This document shows, piece by piece, positions 30,836-47,300 of a DNA stretch of 64,000 nt. This DNA comes from Heterodontus francisci (taxonomy: Eukaryota): NCBI RefSeq assembly GCF_036365525.1, contig NC_090411.1, positions 31,822,432-31,886,431 on the forward strand, read 5' to 3'. The stretch's first letter is position 1; each line of letters begins with the position of its first letter. The position numbers were made by a program, and so were the translations under genes. A model generated the notes under the pieces. That model did no database searches and was not told the origin of the DNA. It saw only the letters and a list, made by a program, of their open reading frames with translations.

Positions 30836-33323
30836 CTGAACTGACTGCAGGCATCAAAGCAGTTTAGTACTTAGATTGTGTGCAAGTCACCCCCTTCCCT
30901 TCCTGGTCATTGTAGGGAATGATGGTGAATGACTTGGAGACCTAATTTCATGATGTGTTATGTGAACTAAATAAACTGCTCAATATTGGACTGAGTATTG
31001 CCTCGTTTGGTTCATTTTTTTTAAACCAACATTCTTGCATTGAACAAAAATTACACTAGACTGTGTAACAGCTTTATCATGGGGTTCAGTCCTCTGAAAT
31101 TGAAATAATTTTCAATTTGTGATGATTCTTTGCTTTTTGTGTATTCAGGATCACATTGAAGGGTTAACTTGAATTGTGTGATTAGTAATTTTAATGACTA
31201 TTGTAATTTAGATGAAGAGATGTAATACAATAATGGTTTATATAATACTTTCAGCATTGCATGATGCTTCACTGAAGCTTTCACAGACAATAGTGACACC
31301 CTCTGAGAAGGCTGATGCCACAGCTTAGCCATAGAGGTGTTGAGGATTGTTTTAAAAGGCAAATTCCTTTTAGGGAGGGAACTCCAGAGCTTGGGGCCTA
31401 GGCTGATTAAAACCAAGTGAATGTCACCACTGGTGCATGTTCTTGTGCTGCCTAACAAACTCTACACATTGGTAACCTATGTTCCTGTCATGTCCTACAA
31501 AGGTCTGCAGACAGTCAATGTTGATGAAAACTGATCTGTAAATGTTAAAATAAACTTCAAAAACTGAGGGAAAAAAAAGCTGTTTGCTAAAATATGAAGG
31601 ATGTTTTCCAGTGACTTAATATTCCACCATTTTAGTCTTGATCAATCCTATTTAAGGATAGTATCTGTCCTGGCCTGAGCAGTTCCAGTATCTAGAAAGC
31701 TTCTACCAATCCAGTCAGAATTCTGTATGTAAAATACACCTAGGGTAGCTCTCCTGTCCAAATTTATAACTCTGGACTACCTGGTAAGCTCTGGGCAAAA
31801 AGGCCATTTGGAACTTGATGATTTCCCATAAAGTACAAAAGGGAATTACAACTGCATAACCAGGAAATCAATTGGAAATGCCATAATTTTACTGGCCTTG
31901 AAGTGTTTGACAGGGGCCTGTGAAGAGGGGAAACAAAACATGGATTTTGTTTTTGGAGATGACTGACTTTTACTTAAAGTCTTGCATGTTTCTGGAATAA
32001 TCTAAGAAACTGGGTACGGTAAGCAAGGCAGAGGAATATTTGGAGCTCTACTCCAATCCCTTCATTAACTGTACAAGGCAAATTCAACAGTGAGCTATTT
32101 CTCTGCTCAATATATTCTTGACCTTCAAATTATCAATTTAACACCAGCAACTGCTCTATATAAATTTGTGTTTAGTTCCCATTGTACATTCCACACCAAA
32201 TAAAAATTATCCATTCCAAATCCCAATGGATCTCCATTTATTTCCTTCAGCCCATGGATGGATTCAAATCTTCATGCTGCAACTGTAATTAGCCCAGATT
32301 TAACTTTAGGAACATAGTTAAGAACTGCAATAAGGATAATGAAATTCCAGTCTTCAGTCATTCCATGTCAAAGTCTTTCCATTTCTTAAAGAAGCTTCCA
32401 GTAACCTTATTTGATCGCTAGTGTGAAAATTCACAAGTAGCAAAGGATGTTTCTTATCACCTTGAGCTTTTTCTACTGATCGACATTCCTAGTCCCTACA
32501 GGTAGGGACACTGAATTCAAAGCTGTCATGTGGAAAGGATCAATCAATAGTTCCCTCAGAACCAGAAAACACAGGTTTTAATCAAAGCCTCTGTTACCCA
32601 CAGGGTGGCCATGGAATGTCCACTAGTTTGGTCAAAACCCTTTGCAACCGCAGGACATTCACTGCATCTCAGATCCTTTTTGACCAGAACAGGTGTAAAC
32701 ACCTGGAAACTTTTTCTGTTCAGGTGGGTCAACTGTGCCCATTGGTGGCATCTGTCCTGAGAGACTTGTGCTTGTAGTGTGATTGTTGGCTCTGGATGTG
32801 AATCACTGCCACCCTGTCTGGCCCATCTAAAACAGATTTAATCCAAGGAAACACATCTCATCAGCTAATCCAGGACTGAACCACTTCTGCAATGAAACCA
32901 GATGTCAACGCTTTAGATTGCAGAGGAACACCATGAAGCAAAAGAACCAGAAGGAGAGATGAGAATTATTTTTATACAGATCATGCAAATAGTAAACTTG
33001 GTCAGATTATAAAAAACTGCTTTCGAAAATTATCATTTAATTTGAAATTGTGATGCTGGAACATTAAACCACGAAACACTTTCATATTTGAGGAATGTCA
33101 AGGAACCTTTAGGAAGGTGTGATGGAATATAGGTATAATAGACTTAATTAGGTAGAATTTAGATATAGTTAATATATTATACCTTTTAGAATTAAAGATT
33201 GAATAAATGGTCATTTTTGAAGACTCACTGATATTTCCCTTTAAGAAGGTAGAGTTAGAAATTTCAAGGTCTTTCAAGTTCCCTGTCACAAGCGAATGTG
33301 AACCAGAAACAACTTTTAAGTTG

Positions 33324-34364
33324 CATTTAGTTCATTTCATCTTAGTTTGTTCAGTTTGCTTACCCACTGTTTTTTTTCAGGTTTGCACTTGCTGCTGTTC
33401 AATATTCAGTGGATTAACAGCTAATCTGTACTCATGCTTTGTCTTTCAACACACCATTAACATATTGTTTGCCTTTGCTCCGTGACCTTTTGGTCAACTA
33501 TGTGGCCTGGTCCAATTTAGACCTCCTTTGTTATCTCTTGCCCCACCCCCACCTCACTTGCTTATAACCTGTGACTTTTCTAATATTTGTCAGTTCCGAT
33601 GAAGGGTCACTGACCCGAAACGTTAACTCTGCTTCTCCTTCCACAGATGCTGCCAGACCTGCTGAGTGGTTCCAGCATTTCTTGCTTTCAGTTTAAGTTC
33701 AATCATTGCTGGTCTGCACCATTGTTTTGTTGTGCTCTGCCCAGAAAACCCCAAAAAGATAACAGGAATGCATTTGGTTGAGTATAGTGGCAACTCAGAA
33801 TGGGATTGGTAGCTTATATTAAATACCTAAACTGCTTTCTCCCCACAGGGCAGTTTCTATTTTAGAAAGAATTATCTGCAGACTAAAAATAGGGCAATAC
33901 AATCACTGTAGAAACATCCCTTGTATTTTAACAAATTACAGCAGATTCAGAGGCAGGTTAACAGGAGTTACAATTACTAGTGGAAACAGTTCCTTGTATT
34001 TATCTGCCTAGGCCTCAGCTCCCCAAACCTCCTTTTTCCTCAATCGAGGATTTCCCCCCACTGTGGTTGACAGGGCCCTCAACCGTGTCCGGCCCATTTC
34101 CCGCACCTCTACCCTCACCCCTTCCCCTCCCTCCCAGAACCGTGACAGGGTTCCCTTGTCCTAACTTTCCACCCCATCAGCCTCCATATCCAAAAGACCA
34201 TCCTCCGCCATTTCCGCCACCTCCAGCGTGATGCCACTACCAAACGCATCTTCCCCTCCCTTCCCCTGTCAGAATTCCGAAGGGATTGTTCCCTCCGCGA
34301 CAACCTGGTCCAGCATTTCTTGTTTTTATTTCAGATTTCCAGCATCCGCAGTATTTTGCTTTTA
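33324..34364 (+). mobile_element. Composite Penelope-like element, copy B
   Basis: Flanked by TTTTAAGTTG duplication (33314-33323, 34365-34374); absent from the paralogous spacer (empty site near 52650); near-identical to 3750-4710. Confidence 0.8.
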
Positions 34365-35394
34365 TTTTAAGTTGGGAAATCCATTTCAGTGTCTCTGTTG
34401 CCAAGAACTAGGAGGATAAACACACATTGAAATATTGAATGTGACATCAGTAAGAGGTAGCAATAGACTTAATTGATAGTCTTGGTTGCTGATGTAGACA
34501 GATTGGCTCAAAAGGTTGTTACAAGGTACCATAAAAAATACAATTATAGATAATAAAACAATAAATGGAATAGTCCTTACAGGAACAAGAGGTCAAGTAA
34601 ACACAATTATAAATTTTTTGACCAGATAAATGCTCACAACTTTAAGAGCAGGGGAATTCCAGCAAAACATTAAGTGGAGGTGTTAGTTAATGATACAATC
34701 AAATATGGATTTCAAAAGCAAGGAGAACACACAGGAAAGTAACACCAAAATGCTAAAAGGTCAAATGATACCTTACAAACAGTATAAACTGGAGAGTTTC
34801 TGAAGCAAAAATTAAAAGTGTTGAATCCTCATCAATACTTCTCACCCCATGGCTTAATGGGGGAATTTAAGGTAAAAGTTGGCTTTAAATTTTGATGGAT
34901 ATTCTAAGATATTTTGCTGTAACATTAGCAAAGTTAAACTTTTGGATTCTATGTTAGAAATAAGATTATGTGTTACATCTCTTAGTAATATTTGATATTT
35001 TGATATACTTATCCACTTGAAAGTGTATTGCATGGTAAATTCTTTAATAAATATTTAAAAGTTAATAAATCGTCTCATGTAGTATTCTGTATACAACTAC
35101 AAGAACCCCCTCTCTGTGTCTCTTTCAGTGGAGAGATATGTATTGAAGAGGTTTTCCCAGACCCTTATAATATCTGGGATATTTATGACTTCGCCATAAC
35201 TATTAAAAAATAGGCTATCTGAAAGATGGTAATATTCTCTGTTAGTTTTCTTTCTTTGAGGGAAAACTAGTTCAATTCTTTGGACCTAAATGAGTGTCTG
35301 TAGGAATTTGTCTAGTTTGAACTTAAAGGAGATTCATAGGGATGTATGCCCGATTTGGTTTAGTCTCTATAAGGGATTAAAGTCATAAATCACT

Positions 35395-35880
35395 TCAAAG
35401 GGTGCAGAGAAGTTATAGCAGAAATTTACCAGGGATGAGGGACTTCAGCTATGAGGAGACGTTGCAAGAGTTAAGACTGTTCTCCACAGAACAGAGAAGG
35501 TTAAGAGGTGACTGAACGGAGGTCTTCAAAGTGATGACAGGGTTTGACAGAACAGATAGAGAACTATCATTCTCTCTGGCAAATGGACCAATAACCAGAG
35601 GTCATAGATTCAAAATCATTGGCAAAGAATCTGGAGAGGAGATGAGAAATTTTTCATTGAGAAAGTTCTCGGGATCTGGGATGCTCGACCTGAAAGGTGC
35701 TGGAAGCTGTTTCCATAAATAAGTGTAATGGGAGTTGGACAGGTGCCTGAGGATCAGAAATGTAATGGGGTATGGACAAAAAGCAGGGATGTGGCATTAA
35801 GCATGACTGCTCCTTCGAAAAACCAGCACAGTCACAAAGGGCCGAATGGTCTCCTTCTGTGCTGTATGTTTCTATGACTC
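35395..35880 (+). mobile_element. Old CR1 3' fragment upstream of copy 5 (also ~53680-54170 and shortened at ~59455-59620)
   Basis: RRLRGDL..VFKVMTGFDRTDRE....TRGHRFKI motifs and CR1 tail GGGCCGAATGGTCTCCTTCTGTGCTGTA. Confidence 0.65.
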
Positions 35881-36182
35881 TGTAATCTAAAAGCAGTGAC
35901 ATCATCACGACTAAGCTCCCAAATCTGCCTGCACTTCAAAGCTCTGATTGGCTCTGGGTCTCACTCCCTCCCCAATACCCCATCCCCTTTGTTAATTGGT
36001 GCCTGGATTCATGGGAGATTCCTGACTGGTTATCAGGGATGTCAATCATCATTGGTGATGTCATTCCCTGTTTGAAATCAGGCTGTCCCAGTGGTATAAA
36101 TACAAGCGATTGTGGCAGAAAGGGTTATTGCTGGAATTTACTAGGTGATATTGAGTGGTAATAGTATATAGAAATAACTAAG

Positions 36183-38214
<2,032 letters not shown>

Positions 38215-41200
38215 GCTTAATCCCTGCAGCCAGTTTATTGTGTTTAGTACTCTTGTTTATATAATGTGCAAGATTTCTCCCTGTCCTCTAGGGAGTGATG
38301 GCCTCTGACTTTGTCCCAAGGGTTTGAGACCTGATCTCTTACTGGAATGTTAACTCTAAATAAACTACTCCATATTTGACTGGGTTTTCTCTCCTTGGTT
38401 ATTTTATTTTTCAGATTAACACTCCAATGTACACAATGTAGGTTACATCTGGAAGAACTGCACTGGGCTGTGTAACAGCTTTATCATGGGGAGATTTGTT
38501 GAAGATCTGACAAACATCCAAAGCAATTTCAATTCTCTTTACATCTGGTTGCATTTAGATAGTGCCTTTACCATAGTAAAACATTCCAAAATGCTTCACC
38601 AGGAGTGTTAAACAAAATGTGACTTTGCCCCACATGAGAGAAGCAGGTGCCCAAAAACATAGTCAATGAAATAGGTTTTAAAGTGTTTGAGAGACATTTA
38701 GAGAGGGGATAGTAGAGTTTGGGGCCTAGGCAGCTGAGCATAAGTTGTTTCCTCTGATGCTGAATGTTCTCAGCTTTATTGACAACTCTCTCTAACCCCT
38801 AAATAAACCAAAATATTAGTTGCTGCAACATTTTAACAAGCAAAAGCAAAGGATGTCTTGCAGTGAATTAGTGTTGTATCATTTCAGTCCCAGGATCAAT
38901 TCTAGTATCTGTCCTTAGGAAAGCAATGTTTGTGTTTAGTAAGTTTCCACTAATCCCAGTCTGACTTCTTGTGGGATACAGTTGGGGTAGCTCACTGGGC
39001 CAAATTTATATCTGCTACTTTAGACTTGCTGGTGAGCTCTAAATAGCTGTTGTACCCAATGTCTGAGCTCACTGAGTTTGAAAGTACTAAAGGGGAAATT
39101 ACAGTTGGGTGACTGATGAAATCGACCTGAAATGCCATAAACTTTGCTGCCTTTTTGGTGGGTTGTTTGGAGGTGGAGTAAGTATTTATTCCTTTGTGGA
39201 AGAGGATTGAACTCTGTTCTAGAAAGTCTTGCACTTGCTCTCTCTATTGAATAACCTATCTAGGCTCTCACTTCCATCAATAAAAACATTTGGTACGGAG
39301 GAGGAGAATGTGTGGATCTGTACTCCAATTTCTTCCTTCTGGAAGGCGTGAACATCATTCATTCAATACACAAAGCAAAACATCAACTACATAATGAGTT
39401 AAATTGATATTTATCATTCTTGCCACCTTTTCCCCAAACCCCTAAAATTTTCACTTCCTCCAATCTATAAACCTAATACCAGCAGCTGCTCCATCAATGT
39501 ATCAATTTGTATTTAGGCACATTGTACATTTCATACCAAATAGGATTTAGAATGGATAATTCCTACTGGATCTCCACTTGTCTCCTATCATTAGATTCAA
39601 ATGATTTTGCTGCAACTGCAATTATCCAATGTTTACAATGTGATTTTAGCAATGTAGTTGAGAGCTGCACCAAGTGCAATGGTGAATAGGTCATGCCCGT
39701 GCACAGCTGTGCTGCAATCCTAAAAAGAATGAGAGGGAATATTGGTCTTCAGTAATTCCACATTAATGTCTTTGCATTTCTCAGAGGTTCCTAGTCAACT
39801 TATTTGACGTTTGCTATTGTGAAAATTTACAAATAGCAAAGGATAAATCTCATAACTTTGAGCTTTTTGTGCAGATCAACAATATGACTCCCTACAGGTA
39901 GTGATACTGAATTCAAAGCAGTCCTGTGGAAAAGATACATCAATAATTCCCTCAACCAGTAACCACAGGCCTTAATCAAAGTCTCTGCTGTCCACCTGGT
40001 GGCCATTGAGTGACCATGTGATGTCCATCAGTTTGGTCAAAAGCCTATGCGACCGGAGGACGTTCATTGCATCTCGGATCCTTTTTGACCAGGACAGGTG
40101 TAAATACCCGGATACATTTTCTGTTCAGGTGGGTCAACTGTGCCCATTGGTGGTATCTCTCCCAAGAGGCCCATGACTGTAGTGTGATTAGTGGCTCTGG
40201 ATGTGAATCACTGCCACCCTGTCTTGCCCATCTAAAACAGAGATTTAATCCAAGACAACACATCTCATCACCTAATCCAGGATTGGACCACTTCTGGAAT
40301 GAAACCAGATGTCAACACATTGGATCTCGGAGAAACACCAATGTGAGGCAAAAGATCCAGTGGACAGATGATGAGAATTATTTTTAAGCAACGAGTTTTG
40401 AAGATCTGGAATGCACTAACTGAACAGGTGGTGGAACAGGTTCAATAATAACATTGAAGAGGGAATTGGACTGCTACATGAAAAGTAAATAAATTACAGG
40501 ACTCTGGGGAAAGAGCAGGGGAGTGGAACTAATTGAATAGCTCTTTCAAAGAGCCAGCAGAGGCACGATAGGCTGAGTGGCCACTTTCTCTGCTCTATGA
40601 ACCCATGATAAGACAGACTGTTAGAGAACATCCGAGTATCATCATTTTAATCAGCTTTAAATATTCTTTAGCCACATTGAAAGTTGGCCATAAAAGGATT
40701 CATCTAACATAAAGAATTGATGGGCAGGAAATGACCAATTGGTCCATCAAGCCTGCCCCAAAACACACTGTAGCAAATGGAGACGTGTCTGTGGGTGACA
40801 CTGTATTCAGTAATGTTCACTCCCTCACTCTCACATTTCCATTTCTCTGTGGAGTGGTTGGTTTGCAAATTCACTCAAGCCCACTTGATTGCTTTCAATA
40901 TTGTATCAGCTCCACGGTTCCTTGCAAGTTACAAACTGGGTCAGCTTATGAAAAGCCACTTCAGCGAAAGTAGCAATCATTTAATTTGAATGAGAGCATT
41001 AAACAATAAGACATTTTCAGATTTGAAGACGGTTAAGGAGCCTTAAAGTAATGACATCATCGAGACTAATCTCCAAAGCCTGCCTGCGTTCCAAAGCTCT
41101 GATTGGCTCTGGGTTTCAGCCCCTCCCCCACACCCCCTCTCCTTTGTTAATTGGTGCCTGGATTCAAGGGAGATTCCTGACTGATTACCATTATTGGTGA

Positions 41201-41341
41201 TGTCATTTCTTGTTTGAATGTAGGCTGACCCAGTAGTATAAATACAACAGCTTGGGTCAGGTAGTGTATGTTCTAAAGCTTTTTTTAAAAAAAAAAAGAA
41301 AAGGTGATATTGAGTAGTAATAGTATATAGAAGTAGTGAAA

Positions 41342-44300
41342 ATGGCTTCCCAAGTTTGTCAGAACTATCACAAGGATTGTGAGGATGCTGTTAACAAACA
41401 GATCAACATGGAACTCTATTCCTCCTATGTTTACCTGTCCATGGTGAGTCTTGTATTTCTTATCACTGCATTCTGAAAAGTTGGAATTTCTCCAGTTTAA
41501 TGAACTTACTTTAAGCTGCATTTTTGTTTTCTTGACTTTTCTCTCCCTGGGAGAGTAAACCTTTTGTGCAGTGAGTGTTTCTGTTGTGTAATACAAGGAT
41601 ATGTTGTGTTAATGGACTATTCCTTATAGCAGTTGCTCTCCGTTGAGAGGTTTAATATGAAACTAGCTCAGCAACTGCCAGAGTTTGTAACTGAACACAA
41701 ACCTGGTCAAGTACTTTTGGGATGAGATTCTTTCTCAATGGGATGATAATGAAATGTTGGTAGATTCTCATTAGTTTACTTGCTCTACTTCCTTGGGAAG
41801 GAACTACTGAGAATCCAGGTGTTGAAACTTTGTTCACTTATTTCGATTATTTTGTAGTGTAAAACTACTGGAATTGAGGAATTCTATGTGTCTGTACCCA
41901 ATTTTAGATTAGTGTGGAAACCTGTGTTTTTTTTTATCACAAGGCTTTTGTAGCCAGTGAATTTTTTTTTTTTTGAAGTATAGTTGTCATTGTAGTGTGG
42001 GAAACACAAGTCAATTTGTACACAGTAGCTTTGCCAAGTGAGGTAACAAGATTATCTTTGTGGTGGCTGAAGGATAAATATTGTCTAGGACACTGGAGCA
42101 AGCTCTCCTTTTTATTTACAATAGTAGAGATTTTTGCAAACCAAGGGCCCACTATCTGGTGTCTTGGGATATCTTGTGTGAATGGTGGTAAGTAGGAGGT
42201 ACCCCTTATCCAGCAGTAGACTTGTTTAGCATTACATTTCTTACATTTCTGAAGATTGACTAAATGTGAAAATGTATTTGCTGGTTGAATCTTGCATTGA
42301 GTGGGGAGATATCCAACATGTTTGATTATTAATGTAGTCAATTTGACTTTCCTTTTTTTAAATGAACTCTAACTGGGAAGAAAATGATCTTGCAATCTAT
42401 TTTGAGGTCTTTGGTCATGAAGCTGTTTAAATTCTCTCCACAGTCCTATTACTTTGACCGGGATGATGTTGCCCTGCGTCACTTTGCTGAGTTCTTCAAG
42501 GAGCAGTCACATGAGGAACGGGAGCATGCTGAGAAACTGCTGAAATTCCAGAATAAACGTGGAGGCCGAATTATCTTGGAGGACATCAAGGTTGGGTTTA
42601 ATGAATGACCTCCTGTCTGGATCTCCTTGGACTGGGGTGGGGGGGTGGAGAAATCAACTATTTGACATTCTAAAGCTTTTCACAAAGTTAATTGAGAAGG
42701 TATCAATGATTTTAAGGGCTAAATGAAACCAGTCATTTAATTGCCATAAAAGTGGGTTACTAATCAAAGTTGGGAGCTGCACATCAGTCATTAATGAGCT
42801 ATATGGCTGCAGGTTGCAGACCCTACCTTAAACCGTCATGCTTTTTGATGGAATTGATTCTGTGGCTGATGGTTTACTGTAATTCTAGTCTTGACACATG
42901 TTCCTGGTAATGTGGATGACTTCTTCTGGTTGCTTGATCAGATGTTTCCCTGTACTTTCTCATTGTAAGTGAACTGTTTGACTTTCCTCTTCAGAAGCCA
43001 GAGCAGGATGAGTGGAGCAATGGTCTGGAGGCAATGCAGAGAGCTCTGCAGATGGAGAAGGATGTGAACCAGAGTCTGCTGGATCTGCACAAACTCTCCA
43101 CTGGCAACACTGACCCTCATGTAAGTTCTGAATGTGGGCAATTAGCTAAGTTGGAGTTCATGGAACTTTGCAGTCCTTGAGCTTATTGAGGATCTCCATG
43201 CCCAATAGGTTTGGTTTGTTAGTATCTTTTAATGTTTTGGAAGAGGACAGTGAGGACTAGGAAGTTGCCCTTCTGTGGACATCTGAGTAAATTTTGTCCA
43301 TGATTCTGTGATCTAATCACCATCTATTGTGCAGTAATGCAATTGCTCACCATTATATCACTCGACTATCCTGCAGTGCAAGAGCAATAAAATTGAATCC
43401 TCGAGGGCAAGAGGATAACCAGGGAAAGAGTAAGGCTAATCGGGGACCAGAGTGGCAACCTGTATCTGTAGCTGGAGGATGTAGGTGAGGTTTTAAATCA
43501 TTACTTTTCATCCTTCCTTCCTATGGAGAAGGATGATGTCGGTGTAGAGATCCAGGAAGGGGATTGTGACATACTTGAACAAATTTCCATTGGAAGGGAG
43601 GAGGTATAAGCAGTTTTTGTGGGTTAAAAGTGAATAAATCCCCAGGGCCCAGATGAGGTATATCCCAGGCAGCTATGTGAGGCAAGGGAGGAGATTGCAG
43701 GGGCTCTAATACAATTTCAAATTCTCTCTCCACCCCAGGAGGTGCCAGAGGACTGCAAATATGGTATTATTCAAGGGTAGTGGGATTAAACCAGTAGTTA
43801 CAGGCCAGTGAGTCTAACATCAGTGTCAGTAATCTAGCACAGAAACAGGCCCTTCAACCCATTGTCTGTGCCAGCCATCAAGCACTTAACTATTCTAATC
43901 CCATTTTTGGCCCATAGCCTTGTATGCTATGGCATTTCAAGTGCTCATCTAATTACTTAAATGTTGAGGGCTCCTACCTCTACCACCACTTCAGGCAGTT
44001 CATCCCAGATACCAACCACTCTAGGGGAATTTTCCTCATCCCTCTAAACTTCCTGCCCCTTGCCTTAAATCTATAACCCCTGGTTATTGACCCCACACTA
44101 AGGTTAGATAGGAAGAAACTGTTTCTCTATCTATGCCCTTCATAATTTTGAATACCTCAATCAAATCTCCCTTCAGCCTTCTCTGCTCTAAGGAAAACCA
44201 CCCTACCCTACCCATTCTCTTAGCTGAAATGCTCCAGCCCAGGCAACATCCTGGTGAATCTCCTCTGCACCTTCTCCAGTGCAATCACATCCTTCCTATC

Positions 44301-47300
44301 GTGTGGTGCCCGGAACAGTACATAGTACTCCAGCTATGGCCTAGTGTTTTATACAGCTCCATCATAACCTCTGTGCTCTTAATTCTATGCCTCAGCTTAG
44401 ATCAGATCTAAGCTCTGCAGTCCTGCCACATCCAGCCGTGAATGGTGGTGGACAATTAAACAACTAACTGGAGGAGGGGACTCCACAAATATCCCCATCC
44501 TCCATGATGGGGGAGTCCAGCACATCAGTGCGAAAGATAAGGGCGGCACAGTGGTGCAGTGGTTAGCACCGCAGCCTCACAGCTCCAGGGACCCGGGTTC
44601 GATTCCGGGTACTGCCTGTGTGGAGTTTGCAAGTTCTCCCTGTGTCTGCGTGGGTTTTCTCCAGGTGCTCTGGTTTCCTCCCACAAGCCAAAAGACTTGC
44701 AGGTTGATAGGTAAATTGGCCATTATAAATTGTCACTAGTATAGGTAGGTGGTAGGGAAATATAGGGACAGGTGAGGATGTTTGGTAGGAATATGGGATT
44801 AGTGTAGGATTAGTATAAATGGGTGGTTGATGTTCGGCACAGACTCGGTGGGCCGAAGGGCCTGTTTCAGTGCTGTATCTCTAATCTTAAAAAAAAAATA
44901 AGGCTGAAGCATTTGCAACAATCTTCAGCCAGAAGTGCTGAGTTGATGATCCATCTCGGCCTCCTCCTGAAATCCCCAGCATCACAGATGCCAAACTTCA
45001 GCCAATTCGATTACCTCCACGTGATATCAAGAAACGACTGAAGGCACTGGATACTGCAAAAGCTATGGGCCCTGACAATATTCTGGCAATAGTACTGAAG
45101 ATCTGTGCTCCAGAACTTGCTGTGCCCCTAGCCAAGCTGTTCCAGTACAGCTACAACACTGGCATCTACCCTGCAATGTGGAAAATTGCCCAGGTCTGTC
45201 CTGTACACACAAAGCAGGACAAATCCAACCCGGCCAACTACTGCCCCATCAGCCTACTCTCAATCATCAGTAAAGTGATGGAAGGTGCCATCAAGCGGCA
45301 CTTGCTTAGCATCAACCTGCTCAGTGATGCTCAGTTTGGGTTCCGCCAGGGCCATTCAGCTCCTGACCTCATTACAGCCTTGGTTCAAACATTGACAAAA
45401 GAGCTGAACTCAAGAGGTGAGGTGAGAGTGACTGCCCTTGACATCAAGGCAGCATTTGACCGAGTATGGCATCAAGGAGCCCTAGCAAAACTGAGGTCAA
45501 TGGGAATCGGGGGGGGGTGGGGGGGAGGGAAACCCTCTGCTGGCTGGAGTCATACCTAGCGCAAAGGAAGATGGTTGTGGTTGTTGGAGGTCAATCATCT
45601 GAGCTCCAGGACATCGCTGCAGGAGTACCTCAGGGTAGTGTCCTAGGCCCAACCATCTTCAGCTGCTTCATCAATGACCTTCCTTCAATCATAAGGTTAG
45701 AAGTGGGGATGTTCACTGATGACTGCACAATGTTCAGCACCATTTCTGACTCGTCAGATACTGAAGCAGTCCGTGTAGAAATGCAGCAAGACCTGGACAA
45801 TATCCAGGCTTGGGCTGATAAGTGGCAAGTAACATTCGCGCCACACAAATGCCAGGCAATGACCATCTCCAACAAAAGAGAATCTAACCATCTCCCCTTG
45901 ACATTCAACGGCATTACCATCGCTGAATCCCCCCACTATTGACATCCTAGGGGCTACCATTGACTGAAAACTGAAGTAGCCATATAAACACTGTGGCTAC
46001 AAGGGCAGGTCAGAGGCTAGGAATCCTGAGGTGAGTAACTCTCCTTCTGACTCCCCAAAGCCTGTCCATCTACAAGGCACAAGTCAGGAGTGTGATGGAA
46101 TACTCTCCACTTGCATGGATGGGTGCAGCTCCAACAACACAAGAAGCTTGACACCATCCAGGACAAAGCAGCCTGCTTGATTGGCACCCCATCTACAAAC
46201 ATTCACTCCCTACACCACCAACACACAGTGGCAGCAGTGTGTACCATCTACAAGATTCACTGCAGCAATGCACCAAGGCTCCTTCGACAGCACCTTCCAA
46301 ACCCGCGACCTCTACCAACTAGAAGGACAAGAGCAGCAAATACATGGGAACATCACCACCTGCAAGTTCCCCTCCAAGTCTCACACCATCCTGACTTGGA
46401 ATTATATCGCTGTTCCTTCACTGTCGCTGGGTCAAAATCCTGGAACTCCCTTCTTAACCGCACTGTGGGTGTACCTACCCCACATGGACTGCAGCGGTTC
46501 AAGAAGGCAGCTCACCACCACCTTCTCGAGGGCAATTAGGGATGGGCAATAAATGCTGGCCTGGCCTGTGATGCCCACATCCTGTGCATGACTTTTTAAA
46601 AAAAAAAAAAAATCAAAAGAAAATCAAGGCAAGTATCCCATATGCCTTCCTACCACCTTATCTACCTGTGCTGCTGCCTTCAGTGATCTATGGACAAGTA
46701 CACCAAGGTCCCTCCACTTCCTAGGGTCCTACCATCCATTGTATTTTCCCTTGCCTTATTTGTCCTCCCAAAATACATCACCTCATGCTTCTAGGGATTA
46801 AATTCCATTTGCCACAGCTCTGCCCATCTTACCAGCCCATCTACATCATCCCGTAATCTAAGGCTTTCTTCTTCACTATTTATGACACCACCAATTTTTG
46901 TCATGTGCAAATTTACTGATCATGCCTCCTATATTTACATCTAAATCATTAATGTACACTACACACAGCAAGGGTCCCAGCACTGAGTCCAGAGATTACA
47001 ACCTTTTAAGGTCCTGATTTTTTAAATCTGCCACCTAGCTCCCTAAATTCTTGTTACAGGACCTCATCCCTCTTTCTACCTATCATTGGTATCAATGTGT
47101 ACCACGACCTGACTGGTCACACTTTCCCTTCAGTATGTCCTGCAGCCGCTCCAAAACATCCTTGACCCTAGCACCAGGGAGGCAACATACCATCCTAGAG
47201 TCTAGTTTGTGGCCACAAATTCATGTCTGTTCCCCTTACAATTGAATCCCCTATCAGTATGGCGCTCACTCTTTTTCACCCCATCCTGTGCCAAAACTTG

